Shown: piece by piece, positions 28,761 through 38,833 of the stretch
How the letters are laid out: the number at the start of each line of letters is the position of its first letter
How positions within the stretch are numbered: the stretch's first letter is position 1
IMG/VR virus record: IMGVR_UViG_3300042289_000986
Span: 1 to 64,000 of that record
Direction: 5' to 3' (one strand)
Length of the DNA: 64,000 nt
Notes under the pieces: model-generated
Told to the model about the DNA's origin: nothing
Seen by the model: the letters and a program-made list of their open reading frames with translations, nothing else
The model's database searches: none
Program-made: the position numbers and the translations under genes

Positions 28761-29947
28761 TCTTGATCTTTATATTGTTCTTCTTTTTCTTCTCCAGTTT
28801 CAGGATCTAAATTAAATTCTTGACTCATTTCATCAATAATTTCTTTTACAATTTCTCTGGCTCTTGGTCCATTTGTTTCAATTTCTCTTAAATCATCGAT
28901 AGGAAGACGCATCAATTGTTGATAGATATAATATTTGTGTTTAACAAAAGGTGCAGGAATTAAATCTAGAATTCTTTTAAGTTGAGCTTGAGCAAATCTT
29001 ACAGTTCTTGTTTCGTCTTCAAGGCTTGCTGTTTGTTCTGCTCCTCTCAATTCGTCCATCATAGAAATATATTGCATGATACCTTTTATGATTTCATGAA
29101 TAAGAAAACTGAATGTTATGCCTCTGGCTTTGATTACATATTTTCCTTCACCTTCTTCACCGCGACCACTTTCAGGCATTGCTTGTGCGCTACCCAATGC
29201 AGCTTCAGGGTTTTGTGCTGCTTGTCCTGCAAATTCAGTTGGTGTAGCATAATATAAAACCTGAACAATTGATGAGATTACACCATACATATCAGCAATT
29301 TCTGTACTCATTTGATTGAGTTCATCACGAACCAAATTGTATGAATATAAATGGTTGAAAGCTTCTCCAAATTTTAAAACATCGGCAAATTTTTTTCTTT
29401 GTTTGATTTCTTCTTCACCCATAATTTCCATTGCAAGAGCAATGTTTGTTTTTTCTTGATCAGTCAAGTCTTCACTTTCAAGAGTAGAATCTTCTTCTTC
29501 TTGTCTCATTTCTTCTTCTCTTGTTTGAGCTTCTAAATCTGTAATAGCATCTTCCAATTCTGCTCCATCAATTTTGGCATCAATTTTTAAAACACCATCA
29601 TTGATTGCTTCTTTAATTGGTTTCATTTCATCCAGATCCAAAACCAATTTCACTGCTAATTCTTCAAGTCTTGGTTTGTTTTGACTTTCAATTTGTTTTA
29701 TTCTTTGTAAAAGTCTAACAACTGTTTCTGTAATAGGATAATTTCCAAGTTGTTCCACATCGACGTTTGCATAGTTAGCCAAACGATCCAAGATCTTTTC
29801 ATAATTTTGAGAATAAAGCATGTGCTTGTAATCCTCAACAGTTTGATCTTGAGCTAAATTACTGGGATGATAATATTTTTTTGGATATCTTTCTCCAATT
29901 TCAATATCTTCCAATAACCCATTTATTTTATTATTGTAAAATTTCAT
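28757..29947 (-). CDS. Acidic hypothetical protein (ARGITFSFLIHEIIKG motif)
   Basis: Long ORF in an operon with ATGA overlaps. Confidence 0.6.
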   Translation of the reverse strand: MKFYNNKINGLLEDIEIGERYPKKYYHPSNLAQDQTVEDYKHMLYSQNYEKILDRLANYANVDVEQLGNYPITETVVRLLQRIKQIESQNKPRLEELAVKLVLDLDEMKPIKEAINDGVLKIDAKIDGAELEDAITDLEAQTREEEMRQEEEDSTLESEDLTDQEKTNIALAMEIMGEEEIKQRKKFADVLKFGEAFNHLYSYNLVRDELNQMSTEIADMYGVISSIVQVLYYATPTEFAGQAAQNPEAALGSAQAMPESGRGEEGEGKYVIKARGITFSFLIHEIIKGIMQYISMMDELRGAEQTASLEDETRTVRFAQAQLKRILDLIPAPFVKHKYYIYQQLMRLPIDDLREIETNGPRAREIVKEIIDEMSQEFNLDPETGEEKEEQYKDQE

Positions 29948-30159
29948 GATAATCCGTGACGTTTGTTAAATGCTTCAATCTCTCTTTGTTTTCTATTTTT
30001 ACGAGCATCTGGATTTGGTTGGTGACCTGGTTTTGGTCTGCGGAATGGAGCCTTGCTTGGTTTTGTATCAGGCTTGGTTGTTGGTTTTGTATCAGGCTTG
30101 GTTGGCGTTTCGACAGGTTGTTCTTCCAAAATACGTAAAATGATTTTTTTCAGATTCAT
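29944..30159 (-). CDS. Small Pro/Lys-rich protein (TKP repeats)
   Basis: PTKPDTKPTTKPDTKP; TAAATA upstream. Confidence 0.6.
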   Translation of the reverse strand: MNLKKIILRILEEQPVETPTKPDTKPTTKPDTKPSKAPFRRPKPGHQPNPDARKNRKQREIEAFNKRHGLS

Positions 30160-30220
30160 ATAAGATATTTAGTGTTTTAAATGTCAAAATAAGTATAAGT
30201 ATCTTGTAAATATAAAAGAT

Positions 30221-31561
30221 ATGAAATTCGATACTTTGGCTAAAAAGATTTATTTGGAAGCAAGAGGACCAGATGAACCCGAAAGAGAATTGCCAGAACG
30301 AGCAACCGCTACAGGAGAATTTAACATTGGTGCGGCTGGAGCCAGAAATATTACATTCCTTCCAAAAAAATCATCACCAGAAGAAGTTGCGGTTTCTAGA
30401 GGACGCAGTAGAGAAGTAGGTACTGATTTTAAATTGGATCAAGGTAAAAAAATTACACTTACAGGAGATTTAGATAAAAGAAAATCTATTTTATACGGGG
30501 TTGCTGCTGGTGAAGCCTTTAAAAGATTAAAAGCCCAAGATTTTACACCCAAAACCACACACGAAGCAGAATCCGTCAGAGAATTTATGGAGCGCGGTAT
30601 GGACGAAAAACTCGCAGATGCTCAATATTTAATGGGAAGAGTTTTTAGAAATCTTATCAGTCTTTATGATTTAGATCAAAAAGGAGGTGAAGGTGCTGTA
30701 AAAGCAGAGAAAAAAATAAAAATTTTATCAGATGAAGGAGACGTATTAACCGTCACTACAATTCCTTTATTGGCAAAAGAAACATTAAAATTATTTAAAG
30801 ATGGAATTGCCAAAGATTTAATAGAAAATCATGGCTTATCCAAAGCATTTTTAATCGATCAAAATAATATCTTATCGCCAGTTCCTCCCAGAGGAAATCA
30901 AGAAACGCCTAGTCTTTTAAGTATTCGTTTAGGTTGGAAACGTTTAATAGCAGGATTAATTCAACTCACAGGAACAAAAGGAAAAGAATTTGTTAAATGG
31001 AGTAGAACAACAAGACAAGAACAACCAAAAATCAATCTTCTTGCTTTGGATTATCGTTCAACTCCTACCAATTGGATTATTCATACTATTAAAAGAGTTA
31101 AAGATCCAGAAAAAGGAGCATATCTGCGACAACTTCATAAAACAGAAGGTGATAAACCAAGTCCTCGTTTAAAAACAGATTGGCCAAGTGAAAACGAAGG
31201 AATAAATCTTCTTCCATTAAAATTTGTTGATGGTGTTCCACAATATGGTATTCAATTAACTGAAAAAGAAATGAAACTTTCATCAGTGGCAGAAACTTTA
31301 GAATTAGTTGGTTATGATACTATTTGGGATGTTATATATGCTTGGAATAAAGGCGATGCCACATTCCAAATTCCAAATACAAACAAAACAATTAATTTAA
31401 AAAATTTAAATATTTCTAGATATAGATTATCAGAACCACCAAAGGAAAAACGTAAAACTGTAGAAAAAATTGCAAAGAATGTTGTAAGACCAGAATACAG
31501 ACCGCTTCCAAAAGATTCCGATAATCAATTAGATTTAGACTTTAACCCAGAAAAAAAATGA
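30221..31561 (+). CDS. Hypothetical protein, putative internal head protein
   Basis: MKFDTLAKKIYLE N-terminus; TAAATA upstream. Confidence 0.6.
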   Translation: MKFDTLAKKIYLEARGPDEPERELPERATATGEFNIGAAGARNITFLPKKSSPEEVAVSRGRSREVGTDFKLDQGKKITLTGDLDKRKSILYGVAAGEAFKRLKAQDFTPKTTHEAESVREFMERGMDEKLADAQYLMGRVFRNLISLYDLDQKGGEGAVKAEKKIKILSDEGDVLTVTTIPLLAKETLKLFKDGIAKDLIENHGLSKAFLIDQNNILSPVPPRGNQETPSLLSIRLGWKRLIAGLIQLTGTKGKEFVKWSRTTRQEQPKINLLALDYRSTPTNWIIHTIKRVKDPEKGAYLRQLHKTEGDKPSPRLKTDWPSENEGINLLPLKFVDGVPQYGIQLTEKEMKLSSVAETLELVGYDTIWDVIYAWNKGDATFQIPNTNKTINLKNLNISRYRLSEPPKEKRKTVEKIAKNVVRPEYRPLPKDSDNQLDLDFNPEKK

Positions 31562-31923
31562 AATCAAAAGACCAAATCAAACTAGAATCTCTTTATGAAC
31601 AAGTTGTAAATGAATTGTTTACAGGTATGGGCATATCTGAATTGAAACCAAAATTAGAAGATGCTGGTTATGTTTATGATCAAGAATCCGACACGTTTAA
31701 ATCTCCTGTCAGTAATCAATCTTTGAGTTTTTCTGATGCAGTTAAAGAATATGAAGAAAAAGGACAATCTGATGAAGAATCTTCAGAACAATCCTCAGAA
31801 GAAGAATTAGATACACCAATTGAAAAGAAAGCAGATGCAATGCTTTCTCAAGGCGCACCACAAGATGGTATGTCAGATCAACAAGTCAAAGTGATTGAAG
31901 ATCTTTTAGACGAAAAAAATTAA
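31558..31923 (+). CDS. Acidic hypothetical protein
   Basis: MKSKDQIKLESLY N-terminus. Confidence 0.6.
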   Translation: MKSKDQIKLESLYEQVVNELFTGMGISELKPKLEDAGYVYDQESDTFKSPVSNQSLSFSDAVKEYEEKGQSDEESSEQSSEEELDTPIEKKADAMLSQGAPQDGMSDQQVKVIEDLLDEKN

Positions 31924-32783
31924 CTTCTTTTTTTAAACCAAGAAGAAAAACTTTCTTGAACTTCATTAGTTGACTTTTTATACTTTATAAAAGCATCAAC
32001 TAATCTTTTAGAACGTTCTCCATATGGATCAGAATGAACTGCTGGCGTAGGTTCATTTATTATATCATCCATTTCGTTTGGTAAATGTTTTATTTTGTTA
32101 TTTTTCAATGAATTTACAAATAATTCTATTGAATTTTTTGTTTTAATGGCTTTTAAAGTTTCTGGATCTATTTGATCAAAACTAGTTATTGCTCTTATAG
32201 TCATTAAATGATCTAAAATATCTGCACAAAAATACGACACATCTTCATCAGGTTCAGAATTCGTAAAACGAATATGTTCTTCAGAACCTATCCAAGTAAG
32301 AAGGTCCAACATATCCTTTAAAATTTTAACTGGAAAAACACTATAGTTTAATACTCCTTCTTCTTCCATTTTAAGTAATAAAAATTTAATTCTATTACCA
32401 TTTGTCAAAGCTTGATAAATTTTTGATTCTATTTTATCTAACAAATTATTTTTGATAAGATCAATAATGTAAATTTGAGAAAAATTAGGATCTTCCGCAA
32501 TCATTTCAATAAATGAATCAGGAACTTTTAATCCTTTTTCTTTCATTTTTAAAACAAATTGAAATATTTTTGGTTGTTTAGATTGATGAAAAGTTGAATA
32601 TCCAAATCTTTCTTTTGTATCTTTTACAATATAATCAATGATAGTTTGTGGAAGTTCCAATCCCTTATCAATCAAATAGTTTGCATAATCATAGGAATAT
32701 CCTCTATCTACAATTCCTTTTAAATTCTCTGGTTTGTTGGATTTTTGAATCAAATCCATTGCAATTCTATTCAGCTTTGCCAT
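31920..32783 (-). CDS. Helical-repeat hypothetical protein (paralog B)
   Basis: Start reassigned to MAKLNRI by paralogy with 32785-33720. Confidence 0.65.
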   Translation of the reverse strand: MAKLNRIAMDLIQKSNKPENLKGIVDRGYSYDYANYLIDKGLELPQTIIDYIVKDTKERFGYSTFHQSKQPKIFQFVLKMKEKGLKVPDSFIEMIAEDPNFSQIYIIDLIKNNLLDKIESKIYQALTNGNRIKFLLLKMEEEGVLNYSVFPVKILKDMLDLLTWIGSEEHIRFTNSEPDEDVSYFCADILDHLMTIRAITSFDQIDPETLKAIKTKNSIELFVNSLKNNKIKHLPNEMDDIINEPTPAVHSDPYGERSKRLVDAFIKYKKSTNEVQESFSSWFKKRS

Positions 32784-32784
32784 A

Positions 32785-33720
32785 TTATTTCTTTTTAAAG
32801 AAACTGGAGAAGCTCTCGTCAAACTTATTAACCTTTCTCCAATCAGGTTTTAATACTTTTTGATCTGTTACTTTGCTTTTGATTTCTTCAGGTAATTCTT
32901 TGACATATGGAAGAATGAAGTGAGCAAACTTGTTTACTGTTTTTGAATCTCTTAAAATAATTTGAATTAATTTTCTGCTTATTTGTTTATAGCTTTTAAT
33001 CAAGCCATTTTCAATTAATCTTCTAACCAAAACATAAACAGTATCACTAACTCCAATGTGGGGAGATATTTTTTCAGCCATTGCGTTCCATTGTTCCAAA
33101 GAAAGCAAACTGACATCCAAATCTTTTGCCAAAAATTCACGTATGAATTTGGTAATTGCGTTTTCATTTTTGATGATTGAATTAAACAATTCTTGATCTA
33201 ATGTTGTTTCAGGATCATAGTCATACTTTTGAAGAGCATATTCAGCCGTAGTTACAGGACTATTGTAAACAATTTGCATAAATGTTTCAGGAACTTCAAG
33301 TCCTCTCATTTCCATTTTTAAAACTATTTCTAATATTTTTTCAGCAAATCCAAAATCTTGTAATTGATTATTAGCCCTTTCAGTTATTGAATCCATAACT
33401 ATTTCGGGTATCGGTGTATCAGAATCTATTGCATCCGATACATATTTGATTGCCAAAGTAGTATCTTTACAAATATTTTTTATAAATCCTTCAGGAACTT
33501 CCATTCCTTTCTCATCCATTTTTTTTACCAATTCGAGCGTAGTTCTTGGTTGTCCCTTTTCGATTATCCAATCGGTAACAACAGATGGTAATTCATCCCC
33601 AAATCCTATCAAATATTTTGCATAATCATAAGCATATCCTCTTGCTACAATACCCTTTAAGTTTTCTGGTTTATTGGATTTACGAAGAGCAGCCAATATG
33701 ATTCTATTCAGTTTTGCCAT
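32785..33720 (-). CDS. Helical-repeat hypothetical protein (paralog A)
   Basis: MAKLNRI..KSNKPENLKGIV; C-terminal ESFSSFFKKK. Confidence 0.65.
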   Translation of the reverse strand: MAKLNRIILAALRKSNKPENLKGIVARGYAYDYAKYLIGFGDELPSVVTDWIIEKGQPRTTLELVKKMDEKGMEVPEGFIKNICKDTTLAIKYVSDAIDSDTPIPEIVMDSITERANNQLQDFGFAEKILEIVLKMEMRGLEVPETFMQIVYNSPVTTAEYALQKYDYDPETTLDQELFNSIIKNENAITKFIREFLAKDLDVSLLSLEQWNAMAEKISPHIGVSDTVYVLVRRLIENGLIKSYKQISRKLIQIILRDSKTVNKFAHFILPYVKELPEEIKSKVTDQKVLKPDWRKVNKFDESFSSFFKKK

Positions 33721-33882
33721 ATTAAGAATATTTATTCAATACTCTTTGGTTTTTGTATAAAATGATTGCTGTGAACAATATTAACCCAATAAATATCACA
33801 AACTTCCAACCTTTTAAATCTTGCACAAGCAGACATTATCAGATAAGATGGGGGTTTACAAGATAAATAATATTAGCTTTTA

Positions 33883-34278
33883 ATGAGAACCCATGACGAA
33901 AAATTGATGGAAGGTGCATATCGTAAAATATATGTAAAAGAAAATGTTTCCAGTATACAAGAACCCATTCTTATTTGGCTTACTAAAAGAATCGGAAGCA
34001 ATGCACAACAAGACAATGAATATCGTCCTTTGCTTTTGAAACTTTTAAAAAAATTAATTAGTAAAGAACAAAAAAGAAAAGTCAGCAAAAATTCTTCTCC
34101 TATTGCTGCTGGTATTCCTGTAAAAATTTCTACAGCCCAAGTTCCAATCACACCTGATTCATTTCCAAAAGCATCACTTAAAAAAGAATCGTTTGAAAAT
34201 CTTCTCAAAGAATCTTTGACACCTGATGAACTTGAAGAACTTTTTACGGATAGTGAAGAGTCAGAGTCGGTTCAATAA
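33883..34278 (+). CDS. Hypothetical protein
   Basis: MRTHDEKLMEGAY N-terminus; TAAATA upstream. Confidence 0.55.
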   Translation: MRTHDEKLMEGAYRKIYVKENVSSIQEPILIWLTKRIGSNAQQDNEYRPLLLKLLKKLISKEQKRKVSKNSSPIAAGIPVKISTAQVPITPDSFPKASLKKESFENLLKESLTPDELEELFTDSEESESVQ

Positions 34279-34642
34279 AAGCAGCTTCTGTTACATGAAG
34301 TTTGGGATAAGCAATTTCTGCAATCGATTTGGGATCATATAAAGGATAGCGAGCCACAACAAAACTTCCTTGAGCAGGATCATAAACAAAGGTCATGTTC
34401 TTGTAAACAAATACCAGAATGGCATGACCCAACAATCTTCCATTAAACTGTATACCAATCGTACGTGTCCAAATATAAGGTTCCAATCTTTCTTGAGCAT
34501 CCAATAACATCTTCATATGTAAAGTATAAACCAAGCAACCATTCTCCAACTCATGAAATATCTTTTTTTCTCCTGCTTTGTAGTTGGGTAAGAATAGAAA
34601 GAAACAAGCCACCAATATTATTACTGGAAGCAATCTTAACAT
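34244..34642 (-). CDS. Signal/anchor-containing protein, possible Cys-His-Asp hydrolase fold
   Basis: Hydrophobic N-terminus; NGC, GHA and YDP motifs. Confidence 0.5.
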   Translation of the reverse strand: MLRLLPVIILVACFFLFLPNYKAGEKKIFHELENGCLVYTLHMKMLLDAQERLEPYIWTRTIGIQFNGRLLGHAILVFVYKNMTFVYDPAQGSFVVARYPLYDPKSIAEIAYPKLHVTEAAFIEPTLTLHYP

Positions 34643-34654
34643 AAATATATTTAT

Positions 34655-35875
34655 ATGCGATCAAAGGATCAAATCATTTTGGAAGAAATTTATACAAGAG
34701 AAATCTTGAATGAAAAAAGAAAAGAAAGACTTCTTCCCATGTTTAACAAGATTATTCAAAAGTTTGCCGATCTTCCTGAAGGGTTTCCTCTTCAATACCA
34801 AGAGTCCTCGATAAAATCTGAATTTGGTGCAAAAGATAAAACCGAAGAAGAATACAAGAAAGAAATTAAAGAATACAACATTGAAGAACTAACTTTTGAT
34901 TTTCAACAGTTAATAAAAAATGTTTCTGTTTTGGCAAAAAAAGAAAACTTGGTCATGATAATTTTGAAAAAAGTGGTTTTAGATATGGAAACAATGTGGA
35001 AAGACATGGAAAGATATGGGGTGGTTTTTGATAGACAATTGGATGAAGATGGACAAGAAATGACAAGTTCCAAAGAAGAGTATGAAGACTATTTAAAAAG
35101 AATTCCTCGTTCAATTTCAACGTCCATACAACACTGGCTTTCTTTACCCATACCAAAACTGCAAACTTATTTAAAAAATGTCAGTCCCAATGAACAATGG
35201 TATGTGGTGGCTCGAACTGTGGATGAAATGGAAAACGAATGGAAACAAAGTGCAGGTCAATGGATTGATGTCACCGATGATATGAAGAAAGGAAACATCA
35301 AAGAGTTTATAAATTTTGGAAACATGGGTTGGTTTACTTTAATGCGTCCCTATTGTGAACAAGAAGGAAAAGCAATGGGTCACTGTGGTAACAAAGGAGC
35401 ATTTGCACACACCGATACTGTTTTGTCATTACGAGAAATGAAAAAACAAAAAGATGGAATTCTTTTGGCCAAACCTTATTTGACTTTTATTTTACAGTCA
35501 GGAGAATTTTTAGGAGAAATGAAAGGTAGAGGAAACCAAAAACCACAAGAAAAATACCACCCTTATATTCTGAGTCTTTTGACTCACAAAGAAAATGGCA
35601 AGTATCTAATCAAAGACATCGAAGGAGGTGGTTATCTTCCAGAAAAAAACTTTGATATTGAAGATTTTTCCTATGAAAACCTTGTCAAGCTGACCAACGA
35701 AAGACCATATATGGTGGCAAAAAGAATAAGAAATTATGAATCATTTTATTTAACAGATAAAAAAGAAGTTCCAGAAAAAATGATCAAGGCAGTGATGGCA
35801 AGTAAAAATAAAGATAAGGTTTTATTGGACGTTCCCCAAGCCCAAAGAGAAAAAATATTTCCTCCGACTACCTAA
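34655..35875 (+). CDS. Hypothetical protein with PcfJ-like motif
   Basis: EGKAMGHCG and EMKGRGNQKP; MRSKDQIILEEIY N-terminus. Confidence 0.6.
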   Translation: MRSKDQIILEEIYTREILNEKRKERLLPMFNKIIQKFADLPEGFPLQYQESSIKSEFGAKDKTEEEYKKEIKEYNIEELTFDFQQLIKNVSVLAKKENLVMIILKKVVLDMETMWKDMERYGVVFDRQLDEDGQEMTSSKEEYEDYLKRIPRSISTSIQHWLSLPIPKLQTYLKNVSPNEQWYVVARTVDEMENEWKQSAGQWIDVTDDMKKGNIKEFINFGNMGWFTLMRPYCEQEGKAMGHCGNKGAFAHTDTVLSLREMKKQKDGILLAKPYLTFILQSGEFLGEMKGRGNQKPQEKYHPYILSLLTHKENGKYLIKDIEGGGYLPEKNFDIEDFSYENLVKLTNERPYMVAKRIRNYESFYLTDKKEVPEKMIKAVMASKNKDKVLLDVPQAQREKIFPPTT

Positions 35876-35876
35876 A

Positions 35877-36098
35877 TCACAATACATGGGCAAACTTTTG
35901 ATCCATCATGGCAACAAAAGACTTGTCCGTTTTCAATGACTTTACTTCATTTTGCAATTCTCTTAATTGCTTAACAAACTCTCGCGCCCGACAAGCACTG
36001 ATACTGATACTATCCAGACCCAAACGATCTGCATATTTCAATTGAATAGCGAGCAACGGTTCGATATTATCGATTAGTTCCTTGACTTTAGTTTTCAT
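35877..36098 (-). CDS. Hypothetical protein
   Basis: Start MKTKVKE just downstream of tRNA-Leu. Confidence 0.5.
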   Translation of the reverse strand: MKTKVKELIDNIEPLLAIQLKYADRLGLDSISISACRAREFVKQLRELQNEVKSLKTDKSFVAMMDQKFAHVL

Positions 36099-36104
36099 AA
36101 AAGA

Positions 36105-36188
36105 TGGTAGCGAAGGAGGGACTCGAACCCTCACGGCTTGCGCCGACAGATTTTAAGTCTGTTGTGTCTGCCATTTCACCACTTCGCC
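36105..36188 (-). tRNA. tRNA-Leu (TAA)
   Basis: GGCGAAG acceptor, ACAGA-CTTAAAA-TCTGT anticodon arm, long variable arm, GGTTCGAGTCC, encoded CCA. Confidence 0.95.
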
Positions 36189-36248
36189 ATATTTAAAGAG
36201 CTTACGTTAGTTTTGTTCATTCGTCAAGGGTAAATATTTTATAATAAC

Positions 36249-36683
36249 ATGTTTTTATTCCCTTTTATTAGATCTTTTTACAGAACGCCTAACGTAAAAA
36301 CGACTACCACCAGACAAACTACTACAGTTACAAATGGTGTTACTACTTCTACCAAAACCGATAGTTTTGTAACTACCCTTCGTAGTCGTTATGGTTATAA
36401 TTCTGTTTCTACTTCAACCAGAGTTTCTACAACCACATCAAAGGGAAATGTTTGGCAAGCACCCCCAACGACAAACAATCCTGAACCACCTAGAACTGCA
36501 TCGGTGGCAACAAATTTAACACAAAGAACACGCAATTCCGCAATGGCATATGTAGAATCTGCTCCACCTAGAACAACTACTACAACCACAACCACAACCA
36601 CTACTATAAAAAAGCGTCCTGTTCAACCTCGTTGGCGTTTAGTTCCTGTTGGATGGGGTAGATGGGTGTGGAGAAGATATTAA
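36249..36683 (+). CDS. Thr-rich basic protein (paralog 1)
   Basis: TAAATA upstream; paralogous to the next gene. Confidence 0.7.
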   Translation: MFLFPFIRSFYRTPNVKTTTTRQTTTVTNGVTTSTKTDSFVTTLRSRYGYNSVSTSTRVSTTTSKGNVWQAPPTTNNPEPPRTASVATNLTQRTRNSAMAYVESAPPRTTTTTTTTTTTIKKRPVQPRWRLVPVGWGRWVWRRY

Positions 36684-36699
36684 AGGATAAATAAATTAT

Positions 36700-37125
36700 A
36701 TGGCAACAATTTTTAATTTTCGTTTTTCTCCCAGAGACAGTTATAAAATGACCGTCAATAAACCGTCGAAAACCACGACCACTTCTGGAAATAAATTCAC
36801 AACGGGCATTACCACAACAACAAAAGAAACGACCTCGTTTACAACAACTTTACGCCATCGTTTCGGTTACAATGCGGTGACAACAGCAACGACAACAACA
36901 ACGGTTACACAGGCTCCTCCGCTCGTTAACAATGCAGCACCAGTGGCGCCCGGTGCCCCTGCAAACCTCTATCAATTGGAGAATGCATTTGCTCAACCTC
37001 CAGTTCCTCGTACCTCCACAACAGTCAGTACAACAACAACGGTTACCAAGGCAGTCAAACCTCGTTGGCGTTTATTACCCGTCAAACGTGGAAGAAGCAT
37101 TAGTTGGGTTTGGAGACAAGGATAA
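36700..37125 (+). CDS. Thr-rich basic protein (paralog 2)
   Basis: Shares TTLRxRxGYN and PRWRLxPV..WVWR with the previous gene. Confidence 0.7.
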   Translation: MATIFNFRFSPRDSYKMTVNKPSKTTTTSGNKFTTGITTTTKETTSFTTTLRHRFGYNAVTTATTTTTVTQAPPLVNNAAPVAPGAPANLYQLENAFAQPPVPRTSTTVSTTTTVTKAVKPRWRLLPVKRGRSISWVWRQG

Positions 37126-37328
37126 AATAGCCCTCTTTCAAGGCTATTTATACTCAAAAAAGTGCCTAAAAATACCCAAAAAGTGGGTAAAAGTGGGGAA
37201 AAATGGGTCAAAAAACCATAAAAAATATCCATCTTTTTAAAGGTTACTCTGTAGAATAGAAAAAAAAGTCAAAATAACCCAATGCGTTTGACTTTTAATA
37301 AAAAAATGGTATAGTATGAAAAAATACT

Positions 37329-37967
37329 ATGGATAACGAAACCAATCTTATTGAGGTTCCTCCTGACGAACAAGTACAACAGATTATCGATTCTGTAATT
37401 AATAGAATCAAACAAGACTTTCCTGATGCATTTGAAAAGGATCTCAAGTTCCAAAGCTTTCTGACCTTGGATAGCTTCAAGAACCTCTTTGAAACCCTTG
37501 CAGCAGAACTCATCGAACTTAATAAGAAAGAAGAAACCCCCTATAACCTCCGAGACATGATTACGTCTCTGTATGCAGAAGCCCATAAGAAAATCTATGG
37601 ATTCAAAGGAACACCAGAAAACGAAGATCTGGCAGCAATGGCCGTAGAATATGTTCTACTCCACCTATCAGCCGAAACTCTCTTTGAAGACGAAACCTTA
37701 CAAGTAGAAGAAGAACAAAAGTTCAATGAAGCCTTTCAACTCATAGAAAAAGAAATCCAATCAGAAAAAGACCAATCTATACTTGCTTCCAAGTTAGTCG
37801 ATACAATACAAAAAACAGAATTCAAAAGCGAATATACCAGAGACAGACTCATATCTGAAACCGCTACCTATATAGAAGAATATTTTACAACAAATAAGAT
37901 AGATGGAACAACATTCTTTGAAGAATTTCAAAAGAATTTCTTTATCAATCCAGAAGAAATAGCTTAA
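37329..37967 (+). CDS. Highly acidic hypothetical protein
   Basis: Glu/Asp-rich ORF behind TTGACT-N16-TATAGT. Confidence 0.65.
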   Translation: MDNETNLIEVPPDEQVQQIIDSVINRIKQDFPDAFEKDLKFQSFLTLDSFKNLFETLAAELIELNKKEETPYNLRDMITSLYAEAHKKIYGFKGTPENEDLAAMAVEYVLLHLSAETLFEDETLQVEEEQKFNEAFQLIEKEIQSEKDQSILASKLVDTIQKTEFKSEYTRDRLISETATYIEEYFTTNKIDGTTFFEEFQKNFFINPEEIA

Positions 37968-38050
37968 TTTGTTTTAATAGAACATCGTGTAAAAATACAA
38001 CATGGTGTAGCATTACTGCATTATATACCCTCAAAACGATAAATATATAT

Positions 38051-38221
38051 GTGAAAAATCACATAGAAGATGATATCAAACATCTTCAAAATAAACTTAA
38101 AGAACTTTCAACCAAGTCGAAAAGATTCTTCTGTAATAAGAAAGAAGTTGAAAGAGAGTTTCTTGATATATACTTTAAACTAAAAGCTAAACAACAAGAA
38201 CTCCAAGAATTGTCCAAATAA
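38051..38221 (+). CDS. Small coiled-coil protein
   Basis: 56-aa ORF with GTG start; TAAATA upstream. Confidence 0.4.
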   Translation: MKNHIEDDIKHLQNKLKELSTKSKRFFCNKKEVEREFLDIYFKLKAKQQELQELSK

Positions 38222-38833
38222 GAAAGGAGTATATTTTACCGTCCAACAATTCTTTTTATTCCCCTATGGACATACTTGGATACCTTTCATTACTCTTCTG
38301 TGTTTATCTCTGTATAAGAATATTCTTAGAGGATGAATTATAATAAGATTTCTCTATATCATATTATATATTCCCTTATATAATTCTTATTATATTATTA
38401 TTAATCTTAATCTTAAAACAAAAAATATCTTATTACACTTAGTTGCAACAAGAAATTTTTGGAAAAATTTTGGGAAAAAATTTTGAAAAATCAGAGCCAA
38501 TGCTCAATACAAGAAAATATGTTATTGATAATTGGTTTTCATATAGGTTGTAATTAACTTGGAAATCTCTTGACCAAAGATTGTTTCAAACGATTGTTTG
38601 AATCCCCCGAAATACTTCTTCCCCATGTTTATGAATGTATCAGGTCTTAGGGGACTTGGCAATGTTTTTTTTAAATATTCACAAGAAAGTATGAATCTTA
38701 TTTTCTTGTCGGCGCAAGACGCCGAAATTCTATTTGAAAATCATGAAACATATTTTCTTGTTGGAAAAAACCGTTACGAAAAGTACGAAAAAATCCTTTG
38801 ACAGGTAAGATCTTTTCTTGTAGCTTTGTTTTC

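Noticed and set aside
38598-38801. Short ORFs containing MNLIFL/ESYFL (also 41075, 54083 and 56352)
   Set aside because: They are translations through the palindrome or other non-coding elements; the shared peptide merely reflects the DNA repeat.
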